From NCBI RefSeq assembly GCF_964204645.1, contig NC_134025.1:26950299-27014298 (forward strand): a DNA stretch of 64,000 nt. The letters are read 5' to 3'. The position numbers and the translations under genes are program-made. The notes under the pieces are model-generated. The model had not been told where the DNA came from. It was given only the letters and a program-made list of their open reading frames with translations, and did not search any database. Position 1 is the stretch's first letter. Each line of letters opens with the position of its first letter. Shown piece after piece: positions 51,927 to 64,000 of the stretch. Source of the stretch: Tubulanus polymorphus (taxonomy: Eukaryota > Animalia > Nemertea).

Positions 51927-53097
51927 ACATATGGTGCTAAATCAATGCATAACCTCGCCGCCTGTAATGGATTTAACGTGTACATATAATATTTAATAAA
52001 CTGTCATTTCGCTGAATATATAGAATTTTTCACCCCTTTTTCATAAATCATAAGGACAGGCAATAGATATGTCATACAAAGGTACATTTTTATTTCCGAA
52101 ACAAAATATATTTACAAAAGAAGAATAAGTTATGCAGGGTTGATTTGATGGTTACATGATAAATACACTCGCTTCAATACACAATGTTGGTTAATATTGA
52201 AAGACTAGAGGCCAAAAGTAAACACGATTTTCATGATTCGATGATTCGCGTTTCGACTTCAGTTTCAACCCCTTATTCACACAGCCAATACCGATGTCAC
52301 TAGGGTATACATGACGCTGTTATCGATACACAATAGTTAATTAGCCTCAAGCTTTCAGTTATTTTAGATTATTCACCGAGTAGACAAATAGCAAGGTTAA
52401 GCTGCATATTCATGTAATTAATATAAACGAGCTACACGGTAGCTACTAAGAGGCCAACTAAATATTTATCATTTCGACAAATGCAAACTTTGTTTTTACA
52501 TTCACTAGGCTTGTTGATAATCTGAAGTAAGCTCTCATTAAGCACCAGAATGATCCGCAATTTTTTTACCGTCATAACGTAAACGTTAAGTCCCTAAATG
52601 CTATTATTCTCACTTCACAAAATTTGCCCTCAACAATGCTAGTACTACAGATTAGAAATAAAACTACAAAGGCGGTTCAAATCAAAACTTTGTTTTTATG
52701 GACACAAATTGATTAAGCTACCGATTATCACTGATTTTGCATAGCTAATTACATGGAAGAATAAATCAGAATTTTGTGCAGCAGTTTCTCAAACAAAAAC
52801 GAGATTCTTTCACCACTCGAAGAACATCTTTACGAGATCACAGACTGCTTGGTAATAAATGCCAATGCCGAAGTCAGTTGTTAAACGATAAACATTCTAA
52901 AACTTATGATAAATGGGCTGACACTTACAACATACATATTGTCGTTACTAGATTTATTTCGGACCAGCAAACCTGCCCAATTTTTCAAGATTGCTAATGG
53001 GAAAGACCTCAGAAATTACACAATAGGTATGTGTACACGCAGAACTCAGAATGACTATTTCTATGCATGCATAGTTCATAACGAGAAGAATAAAACA

Positions 53098-56000
53098 TCA
53101 GCAGTCTGTTTCTAAAGTTGGTCCGATTGATTCCGTACTCTCGCTCATAATCCTCTCTTGTACGATAGATATGACTTTGTCCGATATCTTATTAGAGTAT
53201 TGTTCTAGTAAAGGAGTGAACAGCGCTAGCATACTGTCGCTTAGACCATCCGTTAATTCGGCTAGATCCTCGGTAGTTTGACACATACTATCTCTGCGAT
53301 CAATTAGACGAGTGTCTTCAATTGAATTGTCATCGACCGAGGCAATCATCGTTCTCACTTCGCTGAATGCATTCCTCAATGTTTCCAATACATGAGTCGC
53401 TTTATCGCTGGGCATTTTTGTGTTGACAGTTTGTACCTTGAATATTAAAAATATTCACATATACTGCATGAACAATTACGAATTTCATTTATCAACACCT
53501 ATGTAAGCATGATTTTCACACTACATATACACTGGTATTAGATTTCAATAGGTGTGAAAAGTGAGTTAAGAAATTGCTTCCTGGTATCGAACAGCGTAAG
53601 AGAAATCCGAACTTACCTTTTGATACATATTAGTAGCTTTAAGCACTGATCGCTTGAGATCTGTAACAGTTTGGGTGCAGGATTCCATGATAGCTGAAGA
53701 ACAGAATATACCACATCAATGTATCAATTAAACCAAATCTAAATTCACAAAATCTGTAAAATAGCATGAGTTTTGACTTATGATACGCTATGAAATAGCC
53801 TATCAAAATACGATCAATTACTGCATAAATTTTGCCCTCTAGTTACCTCTTTCAGTAACAGAGATTGAAATATCCTGTGAATTACTGCAGGTACTGTTAC
53901 CCACGTTGAAGAATGTCAACTGGTGGATTGAACACACTACACAGGTAACTACTGCTAAAACATGTATGTGTCTGACGATGGTTAATTGAGCATGAATTAC
54001 TAATTCACTTACAGAGTGGGGACAGTAATTGGATTGAAAAGAATTATGTAATATATACTGTCCTGTGGTTCAATGAATAGGTCAAGTCTAGTGATATAGT
54101 ATAACTTGGACTCTTTGCTTTAAGAGTCCAGGACTATATTCAAAATGTTGTGATACTAACTTTTTATGTGCCTACAACAACTATCGTGATAATTGAAGGC
54201 ATTCCTATGACAGTGACTTATGTTAATCAAGCAGAACTGATTTACATTACCAGTACATATCAAACAATGCTTACCTGTATCCTCTGCACTCATTGACAAT
54301 CGTCTGGTCGTTAATGGTAGGTTTAGACGCCCTCTGTCAGGAGAATTTCCACCGCCAATACTGTAATAAGAGGCAAGACCGGGATATGAACCAAACCATC
54401 TGTAATACATAACGGTGCAAACACGGTCTACACTCTAAAGACAGGAAAGCTAGCAACAAATGGGTTATAAGCCAGATCCAAAGCCAGAGTAATCTACTTT
54501 TCTAAGATTTTAGAGTTTTCCAAATACCTGAAATATGGCTCATTTACCCTGACTCTAGATTTGTAAGATTAAATCATGCTAGGCAAAGTTCCTCTCTGCA
54601 TCGATATGCCAAGATAAAATCAGTAAATTGCATCTAAATCAACCAGTATTATAAAAGGACACCAGTCCTACTGATGCGATCTGTTAAGTGTGAAATGATG
54701 CTAAATGGTGAATTATAGTCATTAAACAAATATTCTCAAGAAATGCCAGCATCCACAAGCAGTTAATTATCTACATTAAGTAATCTATGACAGAGACGTC
54801 ATGAAGCAAGCATTGATAGGATATGAAAGTTTTTTTTTATCTGGATAGTTATTATGGCATCATCATTATGGGATTCATTCATTAAATTTCAGCCGATCCA
54901 ATCGTATCGTATGTACCTACATCACAAACATGCAACAACAGATTAACTAGACAGAATACATGACATACATTTTGATAGCTTCATACTAGAAGAAAATCAT
55001 ACATAATGTAACTTAGATTCACACCGATTACATGTAAAAAGCTTACACAAGCCTACAGCTTACATGAAACATAAGTCTTAAGCTTACATGAATTGACTAC
55101 CGATTTATAGGCTATATGCTCGGGTATAAAACACAACAGAATTTTAAATAGAATATTTCGACCTTACCTGGGAAACTTTCTTGGAGAAGTCTGTTGTTCA
55201 GACGACACCGGACTGGCAGACATAACGGGCGTGGCCGTAACTGTCGTTATTGTTGTATTACTGGAACTGGTAGCGGTTGTCATGGTGACCAACGGTGCAG
55301 ATTGAGAGGTAGATGATTTGGCTAAGTGGTTCAAGAATGCAGTCGACGTACAACAAACAGGACTCGTTTTCGGAGCGGTGACCATCGAAACTGTTATAGG
55401 TGTTGTCAATGTGACTTTAGCTGTAGTTCCTGATGTCGGTGGCTTCAGTTCGTCTGTCATTGTCGATGTCGTGGAATGTACTGTATTTTGCTGCACAGTC
55501 GAAGGTGACTTACTGGTGGTCCCATTAAATTCAAACTTATTTATCTTCGCGCTGACCGGTGAACTATCGAACCTGCGAATCATCCGCGGTGAATTCGTGC
55601 GTTTTGGCGAAACGTCACGCGGACTCGAATTGAATTTTCTCCTCTGAGAAGGCGAGCTCGGAGGGTTTCTCCGTGTCGGTGACGATTCTCGACGGGGTCG
55701 CGTCGGAGACGTATCGCGATTTCTATCCGACACCGTCTCTCCGGAGATCGCTGTGGTTGTCGTTACTTTATGAATCAAAAAAGACGACGACGATGTTGAC
55801 TGATGACTAGTAGTGATGTTATTCGTACCAGTTTGTACACTATTATACGAAGAAGAATACGAACTATGCTGCGTTAGATTAGAATTAATATTACTGACGA
55901 CTATAGTAGCAGAAGAGATCATTTTCTCTTCAGATTTCGAAGAGAGAATAATGTTACTGATTGCAGATGTGACGGGAACATTCTGTGATATGATGCCTAT

Positions 56001-59000
56001 TCGTCGCGAGCGTTCTAGATATGGTTCTTTCACCGGTGACTGATCCTTTACGGGTAAGTCCATCGGACTAGCATCTCCGATATCGGCGACCGATACCGGA
56101 GTAGCCGGCGGCGAGGGTTCGTTATTACCCCTCGTGTGAGGAGTATCCGATACGGTCGATAACGCGTCGCTGATCGTATCTGAAAATGACACTCGACGCA
56201 TTTCGGAATCGGAGTTTTTAGCGTCATCGTTGTCGGAATTTTGCGACGACTCCGATCGAAAGTCTTTCGAATACTGGTTCGACTTCATTGCACGTTTCAT
56301 GAAAGCTTCTTTTCGACTGCGACTTAAAGCGGCGATCGGTAACATCGTGGGTGGTGGCATCGCTATACGATCTGCTTCCTCGTTACACGAACAATCGCAT
56401 TTATTATCAGTATCAACCGATGATATCGAGTCGGCGCTTTTGCTCATTTCATTCGAAGTATCGGCTTTTGGTTTTTGGTACGCCCGGAAACTGTCCGATA
56501 CGTTGCGACGAATGTTCCTCGGCGAAGGAGGTAAATCTTTAACCATCGATTGAACGTCGAGACTTCGCGGATCAGGGTGCGGAAGATTTCGCCTCGTTTT
56601 CGGAAGAGGACTTCCCGGTTTGCCACTTTCACAACTCACATCCGTTGAATTAGTCTCCTCGCTCTCTTCGTCGACTCCAGATGAAAGGTTAGGCGAAGAT
56701 ACAAAATTAGGAGGCATCGATAATCGTTCTTTTCTCCACTTTCTCGGTGATGATGACGGACCTGTTATTGAAGTTACTGAACTTGATTTAGTCGACAGGA
56801 CAGTGGACTCTTCACGACTGACCAACGATGTCGAAGAGGCGGTCTTCGAAAAGATGCCTCTTGTTTTCGACTTTTTCTTCTCTTCGCCAACTTTGGTAAG
56901 ATTCTTTTCTGACTTGCTGCGACTTGACGATATAGTTTCTCTAGCGTACGACCGAGATTTCAGTGAACTCGAATACGTATCACGAGCTGAAGAGAAAATC
57001 AATAGAGCACATGAAAATCAAAACATAAAATTTGTAAGTATTTTATGATTATTAGATTTCTTTCAAGCATTCTAAGATTATCTGGATCAATTTCCAAGTG
57101 TAATTAAGACACTTAAACGTTGATTAGGGAAAATACAAATGATTCTAGGAAATCAAGAGAGTGCCTTCATGCAGCTTTACGTGGAGTCAAATTCTAATGA
57201 ACTGGAACATGTGCTGCATCACTATCAAAACAGATAATCAAGAATATGTATAAATCTGAGGATGTTATCAATTAAATTTCGCGATCAATCTCATCAAGAT
57301 TGCTATTTCTGAAAGATACAGGTTTTAAGATGAGCTGATACTGTATTGCTATGATAAAATTACTGAATCTTAAAGACAAATAACTTAGAATAACATCTCA
57401 ACACTTTGATATTTCTAGAACAATGGTTCTACCTATGCTAAGTTGTAAACTGAGTTCTGGGCAATTTCGAATGATTTGTGCTTTGCTTAAGCAAGTTGAG
57501 GATCACATGTGTTCTGGTACAGATCTTTCACACATCACACTACCAGATTAGAATTAAACATGATGTACATATAGGACATGCAGTTCATAATGATATATTC
57601 TTGCAACAGCAAACAGAATGCAATGTGATAGGAAGAGATACATTGCATCAAAATAGAGCAAATAAGAGTGATTTCACCATGTTTCATCATGTTGTTAAAA
57701 TGTACTTAAAAACAAAGCCTTCTGTAGTAAAAACAATGCCTATGAACAGCCTCATTTAAGGACATTTGATAATTCTAACGTGGCTAAATAAACAAAAGGC
57801 TTTGCTACAGATTAAAGTATAGAATGTTAGCGTAATTTGATAACAGTAACTATTAATGTCAAAAGCCAATTTCATCAAAACTTAAAAAAATGGTGAGAAA
57901 GGAAATCATTGATGTAGAATATTGAACAGAGTGCTAATAATCACAGTCTAAGCAGCGCCCCTAGTAAGACTAGGCAGCATTACCATAACGTTGCATAGAG
58001 CCCCTTCTGCCTCCCGATTGGGCCTGAGATCGAGAGAGGTCAGAAATTGACCAACTCTTTCGCAGATTTTGCGGTTGTTGCCACATTAGCCCGAGTTTCA
58101 AGCCACCTAAAAATTAATATTTGCAATGAATGAAAAAAGCGATTAACTACGCCTAAATAAATCAAGCTCACTTCAGTTTTCGTTTCAGCAGAAACTTAAA
58201 ATGGTCAACGAATGTTTATCTTTAGCTATTCAAAGCAAGTTTTATACAAGGTTAAGAATAAGTTACAAAACCGTATTCAAGCAAAAATTTGTGAATGAGT
58301 AAAAAATGAATAATGAAGCGAATATTGATTTCAGTGAAGTGTTCAATCCCTCTAATGTATTTCGGTGTATTTACAACTGTGACTTTTAACATCTCCCGGG
58401 CAAATGCCAGTCTTTTCATGCGCGGTTACTTCACAAACATGCGAAAGACAAAGATGATGAAGAGAATCTAAAACTAAATGGAAAAAACTTCGATCGATAG
58501 AATAGAAAATGAATCAGAATCTATCAACTATAACCTTAGAGAACTACTGGTATCTATCATAGAACTAATATCGACATTATCCACCGTATCAGGCTCCATA
58601 ACCCCTGACACTATAGCAATTTCAAAAAACATAAATCACAAATAAATGATGATGACAACTTTAATAGGGTTGATGAGAAACTAAATGGGAAATCAATGCT
58701 AGGTTAAAACATCGCAGACACAGCACTCGAGTCAGGAATGAATGGATGAGTGTACGATGATGACATTATTGTTGGATTAAAGCTAGTAGCGATCGATGAC
58801 ATTTTGTAAATGACAACACCGTGGGTTTTTACGCTTACCAGATTCTTCAACATCTTCACCTGTTGTTGATGTACCGGTAATGAAAATATGTCATGCTTAT
58901 ACTGTTCTGATTAACATAACGTGTATTCAATTTGTGCATGCTAGAATCAAGCATATCATGCCTTCTGTTGTCTATTTGATGTTAATAGTTCATCTAGTTA

Positions 59001-62000
59001 CTGTGAGACAGGCAGTATCTTTATTGATGTTTTTAGAAGAGGATGAAATTGTCCCGAATGCATATTTATCATAGGACTAAGCACATATTCATCTGGCATC
59101 AAAAACCTGACTCATCAATGTGTCCATTATCACTAATGAATTATTGAAGCAGCATCCAGATGTGAGTAACTACACTCTAGCCAAAATGCTTCAACTGCAC
59201 GTGCTATCAAAACTCTCAAAATATCAAGCGTCTGTGTTGAATGTGTACGTACCAGTAGTCTTGGGTTCAATGCTGACTCGTTTTTGAGCTCTTGGAAGAG
59301 TTCGACTGCCTTCGGTAACAACGGGTTTCTTCGCTGGTTCTATTTCAACAGCAATGTCCTAAAATATTCAGCAAAACGGCATAATAAACTATAGGATACA
59401 AGATCGTGATCCTGAATACAGATACCGGTAAATATAATCTGCATAACTAACCTTATTGTTTAACTTAGTTGGTGGTGAATGGAGATCAGGGCTCGGTTGA
59501 CTATTATCACTTGTTGATTCCTGAAATCGAGAGAAATCAAATCTCATCTAATATCCAGCATAATAGCTGTGCAGAAAGAGAATATCTACTGTACTTACAG
59601 CTGATGACTTGTCATTTTGGTTCGCCATTGCTTGAGCGGCAAGATTTCTAAGAAAACAAAAACAGATTATCTACATATGTCTACGTTCATCATTTCATAA
59701 GAATTATGGTAAGACCTGGAAAAAATTCATAGAAACCTGAAGTTAACAGCAAATACCGAGGCGAATTAGCAATAAATAAACCATCATCAAACATAAAGGA
59801 GAAGGATAATGATTGTATAAATACATGGTGTAATTATGTAACCTTTAATCTAGCCTTCAGTTAACTGCAGAAACTAAAATCATACATCTAACATGTGTGT
59901 GCAATATTTATGATAATCATCTCTGGACTTCTGTATGGTACACATATACCATCTACCAGTACAAAAAACCTTCCATGCGCCTATGCAGAAATTCAAATGC
60001 AATAATGGTATAAAGAGATAAAGATTTCCTCAGAAGGTTCAAATTCCTGCATAGGGTAATGAATGATTTCTGGCGAAGCCGTATAATAGTAACACCTACC
60101 GATACCTAGAGACAAACCATCTTCTAAAATGAACATAATTAATATTTGATTAAACCGCACAGCCAACTAAGTAGATAATTGATCGTTACAAATAATGATC
60201 TAATAAGTAATCGGTACTATAAGATTCATTTAGCTCTAAGAGAAAAGAACTATTAACTACTATTACTAAGTAATAGAAATCCAAACCAAAAGGATGCGTT
60301 TTCAAACACACAAGTAAAATAAAATACATAAGTTCAAACCCTAGTATATTAGAAGTCAAGGAAAGTGGTTATGTACAAACTGTGCTTACAATATTTTCAA
60401 ATCGTCCAAGTAAAATGTACCTCATAAATCATTCACAAAAATCAATTCCAATTTATCAAACTGGTGTTTACATGTACTGTTATTGTATGTGTTATAGTTA
60501 GAATTTGTGTATTTGAATGACTGTAAAAATCATCAATTCAAAATCAAAGCAGGAAAAATTACAAATGAATGATTTGTTAGCGGTCGTATGGTTTTGATAA
60601 AATACCATGTGTTAATGATTGCTTACCTGGCTTCATTAAAACTAAAAGTTTGGACAAAAACAAGCAAAATTAGTCTTAATAAATAAACTCACAAAAAGGA
60701 AAATGAATTCATTGAAAAACAGTGAAATGAATATAACACATAAGGATGCCTTACATCTGTTTAAAATAGCACTCGTACTGAAAACTAAAATCAGAACCTT
60801 TTATGAAGTCTGAAAATTCCACTGAATCTTATTCATTTTTGGGAAAAGTGAAAATGAAAATATTCAAACAAAGACTAAAGCTATTGTGACATACACAGGC
60901 TGTCGTCACAGCAACATACCAGTATATGAGGGAAACTAAATGAGCTAAAGCTTAGAATAAATGGATGAATCATGCATTGATGGGTATCGCAGGTCTAAGC
61001 TCACTGAAAACATATTATGGGTCACTCTGCTCTGAGCAGGCGGTAGAGTGCTGTGTGGCTTATGCACTGATTGCACACACCATGCCAGAGGCTAGTGACA
61101 TGCGCTGTATCACAATTTACCTGCAAACAACCAGCTTTTTGAACAAGTTCAGATATCTCGGGGTACACATAGCGATTCTTCTGTGATCATAAAATAATGC
61201 AGGGTTCGGATTCAATGGGGTTAGAATGAAACTCGATAACAGTCGGTTGTAAAAAGGGGGGATAAATGAATGGTGGTGATAAATTGGTCTCATATTGGTA
61301 TTTGAACAATTTCGAAAAAACAAAATGAAGCAAAATGAGTTGAAAATTGAATGTATTATGTTCGGGCATATTCTATATTGTACTGAACTGTATTGTTTAT
61401 TGAGATATAGCTGTCGAAATGAATTTTACAACATGCTCATTGCAGAAGTTTGAGAATTGATTCTACTCGACTAAGTTAGTTAACTTAGTTTAGTAGAGAA
61501 CACCTCCCTAGTTTAGTTCAACATAAATCGATGAGGCTCTAATAGGCCTATTCTAAATCACGAAAAGCCTTTCATAATCTCTCCTTCTAAATTGTCTGTT
61601 CACCAAAAACTAATTGATTCCATACCTTAGATGATTTTGCTGAGCCCTTGACAGAAACTTTGATGAAATGCTAAGTCTGTGAGAAGGTCCCGTTGCGCTA
61701 GTCAATGCGCTTTCTTCCGGTTGAGATAAAAACATCGAGGAGGCTCCCAGATTATCGAAGGTTTGTTTCAGATACTCTTCCTACAAAAAATGAAAGAATG
61801 TGTTAGTATCAGTGAGTTTAGTAATTGACAATTAGTCAGTTTTTTACGCGAAATGATTCAAAGATTCACAAATAAATGGATTATGAGACTGAAGGAAAAT
61901 CTATAAAGATATTGGCCATGAATTTTCATAAAGCTAGGATTATCAAATAAAGGTATGAGAAAAAGTTGCTATAAGGAGCTGAGGAATGAGGGCTGAAAAA

Positions 62001-63523
62001 TCGAGCCATACACCAACAAGTGAAACAGCATATTTATTAGAAAGAATCTATCCTCCACAAATACAAACTCATTTACCCAAACTTTAATTCTTGAAGGATT
62101 GCTCTAGAATCATAACGATTACATGTTACTCAGTAAGTTCGTATTGCTATTTATACCATTTTCTAGTTACACATTATTTAACTCACCTTAGCAATTGGAT
62201 CTGAGATAAACTCTTTATTGGGATCGAGAGGAGTTGTGGGACTGGATTCAATTTCTTCGTCGCTTGCATCGTCGATTGTATTCTCGGTCATCTCTGAATC
62301 GAGGTCCCTGCTCGATGCCGGATCTGAAGTTGTGCTGTCACTGTGTCGTAGGTTATTGCGACCACGTTTTAATTCCTCGGGCGACAAAGCGAAAACGTGA
62401 AACGAGCTGTAAAGAAATACAGACAAATATATCAGTATTCAAACAGCCGTAGATCAAAGATTGGGTTTACCGGTACTCAATATATCACATTCTAATCCCT
62501 CAACCTACTGACTAGCTGCTACTACGGAGCTCAAGGAAATATTTTCAATTCTTCATTCTGAGGCTGGGATTTAAAATCATTGTTAGAACATGAACCACGT
62601 GTTTTATCAATGGTTATCACTGACAAGCACTTAGGGTATCATAGCCAGTCAGGGTTTCTATAAAATAACTATTTATTTTCAATAGCACCTGGCAACTGTG
62701 TTTCACATTGGGTTGATTCAATGATAAATTTCACTTTACTTTTCAGTTTCTTCTTTCGTTTCTTCATCATCACTAGTCGGGTAATAAATCACTTGTTCAT
62801 CGCTGTCGTCTGTGGCATTATCATCATCATCCTCATCATCGATTCCGGGGCTGTCGAGAAATCGTCTTCTACGAACTTCAGGATCACTGGCTCTATGAAC
62901 CATCGACGGATTACCCTGAAATTCAACAATTTCGTTATACAAACATATGATGGATCGATACCTTGGATTTAGGTCCGAGTGTACTACAGCAGTTTCATAT
63001 TAACCTCTTCATTTGTCGTTCGATCATCTTTTTTAGCTCCCAAAGAAAAGAATTCCTCGTCGTCGTCATCTTCGTCTTCTAGTTGAATAATGGGAACATT
63101 TTTCTGCAAAAGGAGAGTTCAGACATGTATTAACTTACTCCCTAGAAGAGATTTTCCACCAAGTGAGTCTATTATTTCATACTTACTGGAGGTTGCTTGT
63201 TGGACGATAGAACCATAGTTTCTCTACGCATGACGTCGAGTTGACGACACTGATCTTGAAGCACTTCTGGTTCGACTGTAAATCTTCTTCTATCTGCAAT
63301 CACAATTGACATATTTGGTTACACCCTGTAAAGATTGAGATGGATTATTGTGACATACCCAGTACCAACCTTGTGCAGCAGAAAGCGTTAACGCGACTGA
63401 ATTGTTTTCGTCGATAGCGGACTTGATAACGATGCCTTCATTATCGACTCTTTGAGCCCAACGACCTTTCGGGGCTTGAGGACAGCTCATCGGTCCGTTC
63501 AGATCGATCTCTTCATGAAGTAC
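53098..63523 (-). CDS. MAPKBP1: WDR62/MAPKBP1 family JNK scaffold protein, C-terminal half; WD40 region lies beyond the right edge
   Basis: Phase-consistent exons (minus): 63370-63523 (PKGRWAQR), 63187-63293, 63005-63103, 62740-62915, 62187-62406, 61626-61780 (EEYLKQTFDNL...RLSISSKFLSR), 59599-59647, 59452-59520, 59253-59358, 57984-58106, 55168-56986, 54275-54399, 54013-54062, 53847-53874, 53617-53693 (ESCTQTVTDLKRSV..ATNMY), 53098-53436 (LLEQYS). The GRWA, FLKQHF/SISxxFL and LLEQYS motifs are recalled as characteristic of WDR62/MAPKBP1. The small exons are less certain. Confidence 0.82.
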
Positions 63524-64000
63524 CTGTAAATGAAATTACAATGTTCATTACATATTCAGGAATATGAGAGACCACTGGATAAGACATGTATCGTGCGAAC
63601 TGGAATGAGGGTCATGCAGATCGGGGCCACAAAACATATATCATTTCTTGGAAATTATAATATTATGACAATGTATTACTTTTAGTACATGTACATTAAT
63701 GTCATCGCATGCGTTCCGACATGTTTAAGCCATACATGCAATGATTGTTGTTAAATTTATATTTTACACGTAACTTTGACTTGATTATCAACTTTAAAAT
63801 GTATCGAATATAACCACTACATCCCTAATCCATAGCTATCGGAGACAAATTAAGACGTGTCCAATGAAATCATGATCGAAGCAATAGATTGAGTTGTTTT
63901 TCTAATCATATGAAATACCATCATTCTATCCCGTAAATTATCAGCGATATCATTGATTGAAAAGTGCAGTTATCAAATAAATAATCTGAGCCAAAGGTAA

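Noticed and set aside
55318-57048. Several plus-strand ORFs of 63-142 aa
   Set aside because: They are antisense shadows of the large WDR62/MAPKBP1 exon.
62916-62961. Apparent 46-nt intron using the gtatcg donor
   Set aside because: The upstream frame stops before this donor; the gttaat donor at 63004 gives a normal 89-nt intron.

Overview
AT-rich, intron-containing animal genomic DNA, most likely from an invertebrate bilaterian; the species cannot be determined from sequence alone. Six spliced protein-coding genes were reconstructed by hand from splice signals, phase continuity and remembered family motifs. They are: PACS1/2 orthologue (minus, 3' end off-window), YIF1 (plus, complete), ACBD3/GCP60 (minus, complete, about 29 kb), a MADF+BESS-like gene nested antisense in an ACBD3 intron, GINS1/PSF1 (plus, complete), and the 3' half of a WDR62/MAPKBP1 orthologue (minus). 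PACS/YIF1 and ACBD3/GINS1 are head-to-head pairs. The most notable observations are duplicated, frame-enforced mutually exclusive exons at the ACBD3 UR/GOLD junction, the nested MADF-BESS gene carrying a DHNY HCF-binding-like motif, a family of Penelope-like repeats with minimal hammerhead ribozyme cores (one with a 13-bp target duplication), candidate microexon clusters in YIF1 and WDR62/MAPKBP1, a GC-AG intron, and several MITEs. No tRNA, rRNA or CRISPR array is supported. All homology calls come from recalled motifs, not database searches.
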